Assembly (NCBI GenBank): GCA_965208945.1
Contig: OZ242366.1
Location: 2,195,827 to 2,259,826 of the forward strand
DNA from: Bryobacterales bacterium
GTDB lineage: Bacteria; Acidobacteriota; Terriglobia; Bryobacterales; UBA6623
Length of the DNA: 64,000 nt
Direction: 5' to 3'
Below the pieces are notes generated by a model, which did not search any database, was not told the origin of the DNA, and was given only the letters and a program-made list of their open reading frames with translations. Every line of letters begins with the position of its first letter. Within the stretch, counting starts at the first letter, position 1. Position numbers and translations under genes: made by a program. Below are positions 63,360-64,000 of this stretch, in pieces.

Positions 63360-63997
63360 GTTTTCCCTCCCAACAACTTCCTCCGCAAATCTCGCAAGCG
63401 CAGCCGCGCCCGGCATACGTGAGTTCGCACCGTCGCTTGCGAAATTCCCAGTATCCGCGCCACCGATTCTTCCGGCAGACCCTCCAAGTCACGCAACACA
63501 ATCGAGGCCTGCTGTTTCTCGGGCAGCGCCGAGAGCGCCCGTGACATGATACGCCACTCTTCAGCGTCAGCCGTCTGCTGATGTGGGCTTGGCGCCGGAT
63601 CGCGCGGTTCAAGGCCCGGCCACTCCGACATCGTCAGAGAAGCCGCCGCCGACCGCTCCCGCCGCCGGTTCATGTCACGGCATACATTCATGGTGACTCG
63701 ATAAAGCCAAGGCATCAAATCCTGGTCCTGTTTGAGCCGGCCCAAGTGCTTGTACAAGCGCAGGTAGACTTCTTGGGCGGCGTCCTCCGCGTCTTCCGCT
63801 CTGCGCAGCAGCCGCAGCGCCGTTCGAAACACGCGCCGCTCGTGCTGCCGGATCAATTGTTCGAAGGCGTCAAGATCGCCGGTTCTGGCGCGATACAGCA
63901 GGGCGGCCGTTTCTCGCATCGATTCCGCTTGCTGATCGGGTTCCACAATCACCAATCCGAGACTTTCGCCGCGCAGAATCGATTCGTGGCCGGCCAC
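63356..63997 (-). CDS. ECF (sigma-70 family group IV) RNA polymerase sigma factor
   Basis: Region 2 (DAEDAAQEVYLRLY) and region 4 (LRDLEGLPEESVARILGISQATVRTHVCRAR). The start could be an internal Met. Confidence 0.88.
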   Translation of the reverse strand: MAGHESILRGESLGLVIVEPDQQAESMRETAALLYRARTGDLDAFEQLIRQHERRVFRTALRLLRRAEDAEDAAQEVYLRLYKHLGRLKQDQDLMPWLYRVTMNVCRDMNRRRERSAAASLTMSEWPGLEPRDPAPSPHQQTADAEEWRIMSRALSALPEKQQASIVLRDLEGLPEESVARILGISQATVRTHVCRARLRLRDLRRKLLGGKT

Positions 63998-64000
63998 ACC

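Noticed and set aside
1-64000. Search for tRNA, rRNA, tmRNA and CRISPR signatures (T-loop GGTTCGAATCC-like motifs, tmRNA ends, short regular repeats).
   Set aside because: None were found by eye. An automated scan (tRNAscan, Infernal) would be needed to exclude them formally.

Overview
High-GC chromosomal segment that looks Acidobacteriota-like. That guess rests on two PSCyt/DUF1549/DUF1553 + DUF1501 gene pairs, a TIGR03437-like domain and lpxI, and is inference only. I support about 50 protein-coding genes. Housekeeping genes include fabZ-lpxA-lpxI, glmM, pyrF, mtnA, tsaE and nnr. The rest are mostly secreted hydrolases, oxidoreductases and sugar-related genes, a VapBC toxin-antitoxin pair and an ECF sigma/anti-sigma pair. 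I found no rRNA, tRNA or CRISPR array. The outstanding signal is non-genic. A roughly 177/201-bp palindromic MITE has 17-bp terminal inverted repeats (cctgcatttctcaccac ... gtggtgagaaatgcagg) and 4-bp YTAR (mostly CTAG) flanks. It occurs at least 15 times, plus mini-derivatives and fragments. Almost all copies share one chromosomal orientation. Several sit exactly on gene stop codons, and each terminus carries an outward-facing GGTGA-N3-ATG. One copy (52341-55710) carries two insertions. The first is an IS1380-family element whose right end matches the MITE terminus, so it is the probable autonomous partner. The second is an IS110-family (IS1111-like) element sitting in the loop of the MITE central hairpin. 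Its non-coding right end contains exact 9-mers matching both flanks of the insertion site, which fits an RNA-guided (bridge/seek RNA) mechanism that uses the MITE as a landing pad. Other notable items are a 1.4-kb non-coding island of microsatellite-like repeats (33.0-34.4 kb), a heme-motif + PHM/DBH-like copper monooxygenase fusion, a K+ channel with a GYE filter, and a helicase gene remnant. All coordinates were derived by hand, and repeat boundaries may be off by a few bp.
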